A DNA stretch of 64,000 nucleotides. Source: an uncultured Actinomycetes bacterium (GTDB lineage: Bacteria > Actinomycetota > JAICYB01). Below are positions 1 to 8,671 of the stretch, piece by piece. The notes under the pieces were generated by a model. That model was not told where the DNA came from and did no database searches. It saw only the letters and a list, made by a program, of their open reading frames with translations. Both the position numbers and the translations under genes were made by a program. The DNA is taken from assembly GCA_963766295.1 (NCBI GenBank), contig CAVXYW010000002.1:204297-268296 (forward strand), written 5' to 3'. How positions within the stretch are numbered: position 1 is the stretch's first letter; the number at the start of each line of letters is the position of its first letter.

Positions 1-388
1 TGCCCGCGTCGCACACGAGCGCTGTGCGTACACCTTGCTCGCGTAGCGAAGCCAATGTCGCCGCAGCGCCCGGAATCTCGTAGATCACACCGTGACGGCC
101 GGCGTCCTCGAACGTTTCTTGCAGCAAACCGATCACCACGTCATCCCCTAGTTCTTCAGAGACGATCTTCGCGATCCCCGGGGAGCCGAATTGGGTGCCG
201 CCGAGCCATTGGCGGTGATGCTCGAGCCACGCCCGGTCGAGCAGCTCTCGTGCTTCTTCCGCCGACATGCCTCCGCGAGCCGCCTCGGCGATCGCGCGTA
301 CGCGGATCGCCGTGGCGGCGGCGAAGTCGCGGTCGTTGATCAACGTTCCCCAGCAGTCGAACGTGACGGCACGTATCGACGAGCTCAT
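1..388 (-). CDS. HAD-superfamily hydrolase, N-terminal part (gene runs off the left edge)
   Basis: Hand translation of the minus strand from ATG (cat 386-388) gives MSSSIRAVTFDCWGTLINDRDFAAATAIRVRAIAEAARGG... 'FDCWGTL' resembles HAD motif I of the FDxxGTL (haloacid-dehalogenase-like) type. The start overlaps the upstream stop (ATGA, 385-388). It is missing from the ORF track because there is no stop in the window. Confidence 0.7.
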   Translation of the reverse strand, partial: MSSSIRAVTFDCWGTLINDRDFAAATAIRVRAIAEAARGGMSAEEARELLDRAWLEHHRQWLGGTQFGSPGIAKIVSEELGDDVVIGLLQETFEDAGRHGVIYEIPGAAATLASLREQGVRTALVCDAG

Positions 389-732
389 CCGGATGCGATC
401 GCTCGGACGGCGACGATGCCGATGAAGATCGACGCCACCGAGAAGACGAGTAACCGCGTGCGCGGTTGCTCGCTTCTCACCGGAAGCACACACAACGTGA
501 TGATCGCGAAGAGAAAGCCGTAGAAGTGGTGGCGGAAGTCGGGCTTGTATCGCTCGAACATGGCCAATCCGAAGGCTCCCTGCACGTAGATCGTGGCCCA
601 CGCGGTCGCAAGTGCGATCCAGAAGGCTCGCGCTGGTGATGACTTTCGGCGCCAGATGACCAAGCCCCATGCGCCGACGGCGAGATTCGACACTAGGACG
701 ATGTAGGCCCAATACGAGTGGAAAGTGCGCAC
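385..732 (-). CDS. small integral membrane protein (about 4 TM), function unknown
   Basis: 115-aa ORF with four hydrophobic stretches (YIVLVSNLAVGAWGLVIW, FWIALATAWATIYVQGAFGLAMF, FYGFLFAIITLCVLPV, LLVFSVASIFIGIVAV). Its stop is coupled to the downstream HAD start. Confidence 0.6.
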   Translation of the reverse strand: MRTFHSYWAYIVLVSNLAVGAWGLVIWRRKSSPARAFWIALATAWATIYVQGAFGLAMFERYKPDFRHHFYGFLFAIITLCVLPVRSEQPRTRLLVFSVASIFIGIVAVRAIASG

Positions 733-744
733 GGCTTGCGGATT

Positions 745-1593
745 CTAGCTATCCCAGAACCAGGCCAAGCCGAGAAGGCCGGGCCCGGTATGTGCTCCCA
801 TCGATGCGGGCACTTCGACGACTTCAGTTTCGGCTCCCTGCACCCTCTCGAGAACGCGGCGTCGCAGTTCGTTCGCTTCAGTGCCGCGTGCGGAATGGAA
901 AGCGATGAGATGAAGTTGCGTACCGCGGTCGCGCGAACGTTCCCATGCGCTGAACAATCGCTCGGCTCCCCGCGCCGAGTTCCTGGTGACGCCGGCCAGC
1001 GACGGAGATCCCCCCGAATATCGAACGATCGGCTGAAGCCGTAATGCCTCAGCTCCGATGGCTGCGATCGCAGGAACTCGTCCCGAACGGCGCAAGTAAT
1101 CGAGCTGTTCCAGTGTGGCCCAGATCTGCATCTTCGACGCCACCAGCTGGGCGCGCGCGAGAACGGCACCCAGGTCGTTTCCGTCTGCTGCGTCGCGAGC
1201 GGCTTCGACGGCTACCAAACCTTGTCCTCCTGCGGCCGTGCGTGCGTCGAACACACGAACGCGATCGGAGAAGTCGCGCGCGGCAAGCGTGGCGCTCGAA
1301 TAGGTCATGGACAACTCCGTGGGAGGGGAGATGACGAGCAGAGCATCGTTGGAAGCGAGCAGTCGCTCGTAAAGCTCTTGGTATTGGCCGGGTGAGGGAG
1401 CGGCAGTCTTCGGCGGGGGGCGTCCCAGTTGCAACTGAGCTGTAAGTTCGGCGAATTCGAGGTCGCCTTCAACGACCTCTCCGTCCTCCCAGGCCATCTG
1501 GAGCGGGAGGATGTGCACGCCGGAACTCTCTGCCCATGCGCGCGGCATGACGGCAGAGGTATCCGTGATGACCCGGACGTTGCCTGATCCCAT
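745..1593 (-). CDS. DegV family fatty-acid-binding protein
   Basis: 282 aa. N-terminal 'VRVITDTSAVMP' and C-terminal 'SMGAHTGPGLLGLAW' are typical of DegV/EDD-fold proteins. Confidence 0.85.
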   Translation of the reverse strand: MGSGNVRVITDTSAVMPRAWAESSGVHILPLQMAWEDGEVVEGDLEFAELTAQLQLGRPPPKTAAPSPGQYQELYERLLASNDALLVISPPTELSMTYSSATLAARDFSDRVRVFDARTAAGGQGLVAVEAARDAADGNDLGAVLARAQLVASKMQIWATLEQLDYLRRSGRVPAIAAIGAEALRLQPIVRYSGGSPSLAGVTRNSARGAERLFSAWERSRDRGTQLHLIAFHSARGTEANELRRRVLERVQGAETEVVEVPASMGAHTGPGLLGLAWFWDS

Positions 1594-1611
1594 ATCCCCG
1601 TAAGGAAGATG

Positions 1612-1959
1612 TTAGTCGTCTCGTCGCAAGCTCCCTGCGAGGTAGCTCACGCCGCCCGATCCGACTGTGGCACCGTGTGTCTCGCCGGGATCGAGATCGA
1701 TGCGATCCCCCGGCCGCAGGACGAATGCCCGGCCCGAGGCTCTTATCGTCATCTCGCCGGTCAAGACGACGCGGACTTCGCGGTGCTCGTGTGAGTGCTC
1801 CGTATATGTCGTGTCCGGATCGTCGCTCCACTCCGTGACGTCGAGGCCTTCACCGCGCATCGAATCGATCAGCCGGCTTCTGTCAACGGAGCCGTCACCG
1901 GGGACGTAGCGAGCCACGCCGTAGGATAAGCGTGATGTCGGTCCGTCCACCCCGCGCAA
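1612..1959 (-). CDS. cupin domain protein
   Basis: 115 aa with cupin-type blocks 'HSHEHREVRVVLTGEM' and 'GDRIDLDPGETHGA'. The 5' end overlaps the divergent 1932 ORF, so GTG at 1917 is an alternative start. Confidence 0.7.
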   Translation of the reverse strand: MRGVDGPTSRLSYGVARYVPGDGSVDRSRLIDSMRGEGLDVTEWSDDPDTTYTEHSHEHREVRVVLTGEMTIRASGRAFVLRPGDRIDLDPGETHGATVGSGGVSYLAGSLRRDD

Positions 1960-2570
1960 GAGCTGCGCTCGAGCCTTTAGTCGCCGCTCCGCAGAAGGCC
2001 CTCAAAGAATGGGCCGTCGTTTGCCGCGCGCTCGAGCAAGGACGTCAATCGGTCTTGCTGCGCAAGGGCGGGATCATCGAGGAGACGCGAGATTTCGCAC
2101 TCGTCGAACACCGCTTCCTTCTCTACCCGACCTACGAGCATCAGGACGAGAACAGCGTGCAGGACCCCTACCGTTCTTGGTTCCGCGAAACGCTGAACGA
2201 TCAACCTTCCCCCGACGTTGTTCGCATCAGCTCATGGGCCGAGGTGACAGATCTCTTCTTAACCCACGACCTCGACCGCCTGCTCGAGCTGGCGCCGCTT
2301 TACGCCTGGAGTGAGGACTACATACGGATGCGGATGGCCTATAAGCCGCGCAAGCCGATGAACGTCGTGATCGTTCGAGCATCGCTGCTGTCCGAGCCGG
2401 TCGAGCTGCCCGTACTCGAGCATTTCGCCGGGTGCAAGTCGTGGGTTCCGCTCGAGAAGGCAGTACCGCTGGACGGCTCGGCTACCGTTCTCGACGAGCG
2501 CGAGCACAGCCGACGCGTCGAAGTGGTGGCGCAGACATTGGGCACGTCAGCCGAGCGCGTCGCGGTCTAG
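1932..2570 (+). CDS. DUF1802-like protein
   Basis: 212 aa. The N-terminal block 'LKEWAVVCRALEQGRQSVLLRKGGI' matches my recollection of the DUF1802 family. GTG 1932 or ATG 1935 could be the start. Confidence 0.65.
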   Translation: MMSVRPPRARAALEPLVAAPQKALKEWAVVCRALEQGRQSVLLRKGGIIEETRDFALVEHRFLLYPTYEHQDENSVQDPYRSWFRETLNDQPSPDVVRISSWAEVTDLFLTHDLDRLLELAPLYAWSEDYIRMRMAYKPRKPMNVVIVRASLLSEPVELPVLEHFAGCKSWVPLEKAVPLDGSATVLDEREHSRRVEVVAQTLGTSAERVAV

Positions 2571-2639
2571 CTGTCTTGCGTACGTCGCGCCGGCAGAGTA
2601 AATAAGAGCGGGGGCAGGGAACACATGAGGAGGTTTGGC

Positions 2640-3953
2640 ATGCGTTCTCGGGCAGGGTTTTTGGCTCTTCTCACTTTCGCCGCGGGCTTCGTTTGGACGG
2701 CGAATGCTCACGCACAAGCACCCGATGAGGCACGCTACATCGTCACTCTTCAAAAGTCGGTCGGTGACGTAGACAAAGAGGCCAAGGAACTAAAGGCCGA
2801 GGCCGGAACCGGCGCCGTCGTCGACACGTACACGAAGGTCAAGGGTTTCCTCGTCAACGCCACTTCGTCCGAGGCCGAAGAGCTTCGTTCGCAGCCCGAG
2901 GTCAAGGCCGTCGAGCGTGACGGTGTCGTGTCTCTTAAGGCCACGCAAACCGGTCCGCCGTGGGGCTTGGATCGCATCGACCAAAGGAACCGACCTCTCT
3001 CGAATTCGTATACCTACAACGAGACAGGGGACGGAGTCGACGCCTACATGATCGACACCGGGATCCACGCAACGCACCAGGACTTCAGTGGACGCGTACA
3101 ACCCGGAGTCAACACCGTCGATGCCTCACCGAGCACTACGGACTGCAACGGTCACGGGACGCACACCGCGGGAACCGTTGGTGGTGAGACATATGGCGTC
3201 GCTAAGGACGTAACTCTGATCGCCGTACGCGTCTTCGGGTGCGGCACCTCGACCGCTACCTCGGCGATCATCGCCGGCGTCGATTGGGTGGTTGACAACC
3301 ACAAGGACGGCGAGCCGGCCGTGGCGAACATGAGCCTCGGCGGCGGCGCCAGCGCCGCTATGGACAACGCCGTAGCTGCAATGATCACCGACGGTGTGTC
3401 GACCGCAGTCGCGTCCGGAAACGAGAGCGCGAATGCGTGCAATTCGTCACCAGGGCGCCTTGCAACGGCGCTCACTGTGGGTGCGACCGACATCAACGAC
3501 GCTCGAGCTTCCTTCTCCAACTTCGGAGCTTGCGTTGACCTCCACGGCCCCGGAGTGAACGTCGTTTCGGCGGCTCCGTCGTCGGACACGGCAACGGCGG
3601 CGCTCAGCGGAACCTCGATGGCTGCTCCTCACGTCGCCGGAGCTTCTGCGCTCTACCTCCAGGCGAACCCGGGTGCCTCGCCAGCGACTGTGCACAACGT
3701 GATCGCCAGCAATGCGACGACCGGTGTCATCAGTGGAATCCAGACGAGCTGCAGTTTTCTCGACAACCTCCTGGGTACGTGCACGGCCGGGACGCCGAAC
3801 AAGTTGCTCTTCACGGGGAGCGGATCGGAGCCACCACCGCCGCCCCACCACCACCACCACCACCCGCATGTAACGCGCTGCAACGTCTGCTTGGGCTCTG
3901 CTAGTCACTCGCTGCTCAGAGGATCAGCAGTTCGGGGCTTGCACGTCGAATAG
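2640..3953 (+). CDS. secreted subtilisin-like serine protease (peptidase S8, proteinase-K-like) with I9-type propeptide and Pro5-His6 C-terminal tract
   Basis: Signal peptide MRSRAGFLALLTFAAGFVWTANAHA and propeptide (YIVTLQK...VKAVERDGVVSL). Catalytic triad contexts are 'AYMIDTGI' (Asp), 'HGTHTAGT' (His) and 'GTSMAAPHVAG' (Ser). SD GAGGAGG lies 7 nt before ATG 2640. The ORF-track start at 2625 is in frame and also possible. Confidence 0.9.
   Translation: MRSRAGFLALLTFAAGFVWTANAHAQAPDEARYIVTLQKSVGDVDKEAKELKAEAGTGAVVDTYTKVKGFLVNATSSEAEELRSQPEVKAVERDGVVSLKATQTGPPWGLDRIDQRNRPLSNSYTYNETGDGVDAYMIDTGIHATHQDFSGRVQPGVNTVDASPSTTDCNGHGTHTAGTVGGETYGVAKDVTLIAVRVFGCGTSTATSAIIAGVDWVVDNHKDGEPAVANMSLGGGASAAMDNAVAAMITDGVSTAVASGNESANACNSSPGRLATALTVGATDINDARASFSNFGACVDLHGPGVNVVSAAPSSDTATAALSGTSMAAPHVAGASALYLQANPGASPATVHNVIASNATTGVISGIQTSCSFLDNLLGTCTAGTPNKLLFTGSGSEPPPPPHHHHHHPHVTRCNVCLGSASHSLLRGSAVRGLHVE
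3831..3869 (+). repeat. triplet-repeat tract CCA CCA CCG CCG CCC (CAC)6 CCG CAT encoding PPPPPHHHHHHPH
   Basis: Read directly from the sequence in the protease frame. (CAC)6 occupies 3846-3863. Confidence 0.9.
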
Positions 3954-4706
3954 CAACGGGATGATCGTCCCGTCGTAGCCGACGGTGAACCGCGCGCCGC
4001 ACGGATCGTTCGCGATGAAGTCGCGAGCGACGATGGATCCATCCTCGAGGAGGACGTGATCCGCGGGCACGACCGGCTCGCTCTTGGTGGACACTTCGGT
4101 GGCCGCGGCTTTCGGTGCTTCCACCGGCGCCGGATCGGCGGTCTCCACTTCGGCCACCGTCTTCACCACCGGGTTCGGGGTGGCTGCCGGAACACTCTGA
4201 GGGGCCGTTGCAACCTGCTGCTCGCGGGTCTTCCCAAACACTTGCGTGACGTACACGCGACCGTTGGGCGCAACGGCAACACCGATCCCGAGATCCGTGA
4301 ACCGCGAGTCGAGGATGTTCGCCCGGTGGGAGGCGCTGGCCATGAAGGCGCGCTGAACGTCGGCAACGTCGGGACCGACACCGACGTTCTCTCCGATGCG
4401 CTGCCAGTCGTAGCCCGCAGCGTCGGCGTCCGCTCCGTTGTTCGGGTTGTGGAAGATCCGTCCCTGGTCGCGCATGCGCTCGGCCTGCGCACGTGCGACG
4501 GCGTCCAGTCGCCCGTCGTCGCGGAGCTCCGTCATCTGGCCCCGGCGGGCCTCGTTGACCTTCGAGTGGACGATCGCCTCATCGGAAGACGTCGACGCCT
4601 TAGCAACCCCGGCTGCTCCGACTAGCAGTGCCAGTCCGGTGATAGTGGAGACCAGCGCCGTAAGTGCTGTCCGCGTTCGTGTGATCAAAAGCCCGTCCCC
4701 GTTCAT
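3924..4706 (-). CDS. CAP/SCP/PR-1 domain protein, membrane-anchored or secreted
   Basis: 260 aa with an N-terminal hydrophobic anchor (ALTALVSTITGLALLVGAAGVAKA). CAP-like core is 'GRIFHNPN...WQRIGENVG...ASASHRANILDSRFTDLGIGVA...VYVTQVFG'. A Pro/Ala-rich linker and a small C-terminal domain follow. The 3' end overlaps the convergent protease gene by 30 nt. Confidence 0.8.
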   Translation of the reverse strand: MNGDGLLITRTRTALTALVSTITGLALLVGAAGVAKASTSSDEAIVHSKVNEARRGQMTELRDDGRLDAVARAQAERMRDQGRIFHNPNNGADADAAGYDWQRIGENVGVGPDVADVQRAFMASASHRANILDSRFTDLGIGVAVAPNGRVYVTQVFGKTREQQVATAPQSVPAATPNPVVKTVAEVETADPAPVEAPKAAATEVSTKSEPVVPADHVLLEDGSIVARDFIANDPCGARFTVGYDGTIIPLLFDVQAPNC

Positions 4707-4811
4707 GGACTAGAACCTGACGTGGAACGGGTCTTTGTTCTGCGTACAAATGCGCGCTCAGACTGTTAACTCCGGTTATCCGTGGACGCCGCGAAGGACT
4801 CGAAGCGCAGG

Positions 4812-5780
4812 TCAGCCGGCTGAGGCTAGAGCTTCCTCGTCGGCTGTGAAGTCCGTAACCACTTGCTCGGGTGGGTTGTCCAGGTGCCAAGACACGGAGG
4901 TTCCAAGCGCCTGACGGTGATCGGTATCCCGCCAACCGAGCATCTCCTGCACTTTCGAGGAGCCCACCAAGAGGTGTTGAGCGATGTTTCCTGTGATCCC
5001 CAAGTCCGGTGGCAGCTCGGCGGACGGAATCCTCACCAGCTCGGCGGACGACCCGGCGGCGTCGAGGATCATCTGCGCCCACTGCCCGATGGGGTAGGTC
5101 CTGGACTCGCCGAGGTTGAAAACCTCGCCTTGTGTATGCGGTGCCTCGACGGCCATACGGATGCCCCGCGCGATGTCGTAGACGAAACCGCGGGTCCCCA
5201 GCCACGAGCCGGCTCCGATCGGGATGCGCGTTCTGCCGGCACGGACGCGCGCGAGGATGAACTCCTCGCGGCGCTGACCGTCATACGGGCCGTACACCAT
5301 CGGAAGCCTTAGCACCGTGGCTCCGTGTGCCATGTAAACGTCTTCCACATCGAGCTTGTCGTAGTCGTCCATGCCGGGCATCTGCCCGCGATATGGATAG
5401 CGCTGATCGCGAACTGGTGATGTTTCGTCGACCGGAACCGGTTCGCTGGCCGTCCCTGTATGCAGAGCGCCGTACGCTCGATAGACGTCCATTGAAGACG
5501 TAACTACGTATCGGCGTTCACCCAGCGCTTCGACCACGGCACGAGCGTGCGAGGCGAAGAGCGAGATGTTGTCGCACACCACATCGGGCGCGAAAGCATC
5601 TATGTCTCCGACGACGGATGCGATGTCGGCCCGGTCCACGTGCAGGTGCGGCGTTGTCGGAAGATCGGCCGGTTCGTGATTGCCGCGATGGAGGACGCAG
5701 ACATCATGGCCGGCGCCTATCAACTCGTTGACGAGAGCACGTCCTATGAAGACGGTGCCGCCGATGACAAGGACGCGCAT
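4812..5780 (-). CDS. NAD-dependent epimerase/dehydratase family protein (extended SDR)
   Basis: 322 aa with Rossmann start 'MRVLVIGGTVFIGRAL'. The start overlaps the upstream stop (ATGA at 5778-5782). Confidence 0.8.
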   Translation of the reverse strand: MRVLVIGGTVFIGRALVNELIGAGHDVCVLHRGNHEPADLPTTPHLHVDRADIASVVGDIDAFAPDVVCDNISLFASHARAVVEALGERRYVVTSSMDVYRAYGALHTGTASEPVPVDETSPVRDQRYPYRGQMPGMDDYDKLDVEDVYMAHGATVLRLPMVYGPYDGQRREEFILARVRAGRTRIPIGAGSWLGTRGFVYDIARGIRMAVEAPHTQGEVFNLGESRTYPIGQWAQMILDAAGSSAELVRIPSAELPPDLGITGNIAQHLLVGSSKVQEMLGWRDTDHRQALGTSVSWHLDNPPEQVVTDFTADEEALASAG

Positions 5781-6805
5781 CAGCGAAGTCGCGGGATTAC
5801 TTCGGAGCCGATCCGTTCGATGAGGGCGAATTGCTGATCGGAAGGCAGTCCCGGGAAGTCCGATCGGAAGATGAAGTGTGTGTCGTCGCCGAGCTCGTCC
5901 CGGAAGGCGGCGATCTCTGAAGCGACCCTTTCGGCATCGCCGCAGATGATCGTCGACCGCAGCTGCGCTTCCCGATCCGCATCAAGAGGTGGCGGCGAGG
6001 ATGCTCGAGAACTCCCGCGTGCCTGTCCCATGTCCGCGTACTTCCATCGTAAGTAGCCGTAGTGCTGCTTGATCTCTTCCCAGGGATCGCTGCCATCGGA
6101 AACGTACACCGGAACGTGAAGAGCGAAAGCGAATGATGAATGATCACCACCGGACTTTGTCCGACCCTCCAGCGCGATCTGCTTGGCTTCGGCGAACGCA
6201 GCAAGTCCGGACGTGCCGGTCGACGATCCCAGGAAACCGTCGGCGATGCGTCCTGCACGGCGGATGGCTCCCGGCGCGAATCCGCCGAGCCATATCGGGA
6301 TCGGCTTGGTTGGTTTAGGCGTGACGTTCACGTTTTTGAAGGAGTAGTGCTTGCCGTTGAAGGAGAAGGCGCCGGGCCCCCAGGCACCTCTTAGCACGTG
6401 AACCGTCTCGCGGACGCGTCCGGCACGCTCGTCCTGATCGACGCCGAAGGCCTCGAACTCTTCGTTTCGCCACCCCGCACCGAGGCCAAGGATGAATCGG
6501 CCTCCGGAAAGCAGATCGACCGTCGCAGCGTCCTCAGCGATCCGTAGCGGATCGTGCAGTGGGGCGAGCAGAACCGCGGTACCGATCTGGACCGCTTGAG
6601 TTGCCTGCGCGATGGCCGCCGCCAGCACGAGCAGCGAAGGCATGTAGCCGTCGTCGACGAAGTGATGTTCGGACAGCCATACCGAATCGAATCCCGATCG
6701 CTCGGCGGTCTCGCTACGCTCTACGGCTTCGCGATAAAGCTCGGCGTGCGAACGCGGATCATCCGGCGGGCGTTGGCAGGTGATCAGTCCGTAGCCGAAT
6801 TTCAT
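5780..6805 (-). CDS. luciferase-like monooxygenase (LLM) class flavin/F420-dependent oxidoreductase
   Basis: 341 aa with 'MKFGYGLI', 'SVWLSEHHF', 'GRFILGLGAGW' and 'PIPIWLGG', all typical of the LLM family. Confidence 0.8.
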   Translation of the reverse strand: MKFGYGLITCQRPPDDPRSHAELYREAVERSETAERSGFDSVWLSEHHFVDDGYMPSLLVLAAAIAQATQAVQIGTAVLLAPLHDPLRIAEDAATVDLLSGGRFILGLGAGWRNEEFEAFGVDQDERAGRVRETVHVLRGAWGPGAFSFNGKHYSFKNVNVTPKPTKPIPIWLGGFAPGAIRRAGRIADGFLGSSTGTSGLAAFAEAKQIALEGRTKSGGDHSSFAFALHVPVYVSDGSDPWEEIKQHYGYLRWKYADMGQARGSSRASSPPPLDADREAQLRSTIICGDAERVASEIAAFRDELGDDTHFIFRSDFPGLPSDQQFALIERIGSEVIPRLR

Positions 6806-6847
6806 CTGCCCGAGTGTACGGGCGTTACAACATGCCGAGCCCGCGAG

Positions 6848-7507
6848 CTAGGCCGGTGTTAGGACTCGTCTAGCGCGAACGGCCATGTCGGACAGAAGTC
6901 CCAGCTGACGCAACTCGGACGGACGGAAGCGCATGCCGGCCCAACGTCCGACGATCACGAACTCGAACGGATCGCTCAACGGTGCAGCCGCAAGTTCGAA
7001 TCGGTGCATCCGCCAGTTCGTAGGCGCCCAATGACCGAGCGGGAGCTTACGCGGTCCGGTCATCGGCAGCCACGGAGTCTCCATGACGCCAAAAGGCGGC
7101 GCGTCGGACGACGCTGCTTCCGCAGTCGGGCCATCTGAAGTCACCCGCATGACGAGAGCCCAGCTCGCACCCAGAGCTTCCGGTAGACCCTCGGCCAAGC
7201 ATTCATAGGGTTCGGCTTCGATACGCGCGAGTTTGTCGGCAAGCTGCAAGCCGCCTAGAGGATCTGGAACACGAGCGATGCGCCGAACGATCTCGCACAC
7301 CACGCCCGGAACGTTCTCGACGGCCAACCGCAACCGCTCCGGACTCATTCCGGTGCCGGCGACGCAGACTTCGTCGACCGCGTTGAAGCTGTCCCGATCG
7401 ATGACGCGAAGCGAAACGATGTCGGCTCCGATCGTGCCCAGAGCGGCGGCAACGTCGCCCAGGGAGCCGGGCTGATCGGGCAAGGAAACCCGTAAGACGT
7501 AGAGCAT
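6848..7507 (-). CDS. ACT-domain protein with uncharacterised C-terminal domain
   Basis: I use the internal start ATG 7507, preceded by SD GAGGAGGAGG: MLYVLRVSLPDQPGSLGDVAAALGTIGADIVSLRVI (ACT-like). The ORF-track version (to 8053) adds about 180 Arg-rich residues that overlap the next gene. Confidence 0.7.
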   Translation of the reverse strand: MLYVLRVSLPDQPGSLGDVAAALGTIGADIVSLRVIDRDSFNAVDEVCVAGTGMSPERLRLAVENVPGVVCEIVRRIARVPDPLGGLQLADKLARIEAEPYECLAEGLPEALGASWALVMRVTSDGPTAEAASSDAPPFGVMETPWLPMTGPRKLPLGHWAPTNWRMHRFELAAAPLSDPFEFVIVGRWAGMRFRPSELRQLGLLSDMAVRARRVLTPA

Positions 7508-7620
7508 TTCGGCCTCCTCCTCGTGCGGTCGGACGAGTCGAGGCCAACGTAGCGTTGGGTTTGTTTCGACATGGTTTCCGGCGGTTTCGACTGCGTACCG
7601 GTTGGGTGAACCGCTGAGGG

Positions 7621-8046
7621 TTAGCGCGGCTCCAGGATCACCAGAGGGATATCGCGCGTGGTTTTCTTCTGATATCCCGCATAGCCGCGGTACGACTTCG
7701 TTACTTCCGGCCACAGCGATTGCTTCTCTTCCGGCGAAGCGACACGCGCGTGCATCGGTTTGCGCTTGCCGTCCACGACGATCTCGACGTTGGGGTTGGC
7801 TTTGATGTTGTGGTACCAGCCGGGGTGTTTGGGATCGCCGCCTCGAGATGCCACGATCACGATGTTGTCTCCATCCTGTACGGGAGAGGTCAACATCGAC
7901 GAACGCTCGAGGCCGGACTTGGCTCCCGTGGTGATGAGATCGAGCACGAGCATGCCGGCAAGCCTGCGGCCCAAACGGCCGCCGCTTGCGCCCAGCAGGA
8001 TGCGATGAACGCGGTTCATCGTTTTGAGCGTGAAGTCGCTGGGCAT
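7621..8046 (-). CDS. deazaflavin (F420)-dependent nitroreductase family protein (DDN/PPOX-like)
   Basis: 141 aa. 'LITTGAKSGLERSSMLT...DGDNIVIVASRGGDPKHPGWYHNIKANPNVEI' is the family hallmark as I know it. Confidence 0.85.
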   Translation of the reverse strand: MPSDFTLKTMNRVHRILLGASGGRLGRRLAGMLVLDLITTGAKSGLERSSMLTSPVQDGDNIVIVASRGGDPKHPGWYHNIKANPNVEIVVDGKRKPMHARVASPEEKQSLWPEVTKSYRGYAGYQKKTTRDIPLVILEPR

Positions 8047-8088
8047 CGCGCAATCTTAAGCGTTCGACTTGGTTCAGCGCTTATTTAG

Positions 8089-8523
8089 CTACCCAAGCTC
8101 TTCCAACATTCCGGCTATTCCGTTGCGGATCTGGTCTCCGTAGGGGCCTGTTAGGTCGGCGGCCAGGTCTCGCGCCATCTCGTAATGGCGAAGGGCGTCC
8201 GCGCGACGTCCCAGGGCGAGGTATGAGTACCCGATGTTCGCGTGGATCGTGGGAAAGCAGTCCTTTGCCGTTTCCTCATCCAATGCTTCGGCCGCCCGGA
8301 GAGAAGCGAGATTCCATTTGAGTTTGCGAGCCGGATCGGGCTCGCAAACTCCGACCATGTGCGACGAGGCAACACGGAGCGCATCGCTTTCCTCTTCCTC
8401 CGCGATCCGCCAGGCCTCGAGGTAGACGGCCAGGGCCTCGGTGTCTTTTCCCTCGGCCCGAAGTGATCGGCCCTTCTGGATGAGTGAATCGATCGGCCCA
8501 AGTTGCTCGAAGAGCTTCAACAC
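8089..8523 (-). CDS. tetratricopeptide-repeat-like protein
   Basis: 144 aa, helical, with repeated A/L/Y pattern (GKDTEALAVYLEAWRIA; GYSYLALGRRADALRHYEMARDL). GTG start. Confidence 0.6.
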   Translation of the reverse strand: MLKLFEQLGPIDSLIQKGRSLRAEGKDTEALAVYLEAWRIAEEEESDALRVASSHMVGVCEPDPARKLKWNLASLRAAEALDEETAKDCFPTIHANIGYSYLALGRRADALRHYEMARDLAADLTGPYGDQIRNGIAGMLEELG

Positions 8524-8564
8524 GAAGTGATTGTGCTGCTCACGACGGACACTTCAACAACAAG

Positions 8565-8637
8565 TAGGGACGACGGGATTCGAACCCGCGTTACAGGCGT
8601 GAAAGGCCTGCGTGCTAGGCCACTGCACTACGTCCCC
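8565..8637 (-). tRNA. tRNA-Glu (anticodon UUC)
   Basis: Minus-strand sequence is GGGGACG-TA-GTGC-AGTGGCCTA-GCAC-G-CAGGC-CT[TTC]AC-GCCTG-TAAC-GCGGG-TTCGAAT-CCCGT-CGTCCCT-A. It folds by hand into a 73-nt cloverleaf. The CCA end is not encoded. Confidence 0.9.
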
Positions 8638-8671
8638 TTGGACGAAGCAAGGCTACAAGACGAAGTAGCAG

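Noticed and set aside
3846-3863. His6 tract as a sign of an engineered, vector-derived His-tag
   Set aside because: There is no linker, protease site or stop codon after the tag, and no vector-like flanks. The tract is embedded in a Pro/His triplet repeat in ordinary chromosomal context, so it is most likely natural.
6848-8053. 401-aa ORF-track call fusing the ACT-domain protein to an Arg-rich N-terminal extension
   Set aside because: The extension overlaps the well-supported DDN-family gene (7621-8046) in another frame. An internal ATG at 7507 has a strong GAGGAGGAGG ribosome-binding site.
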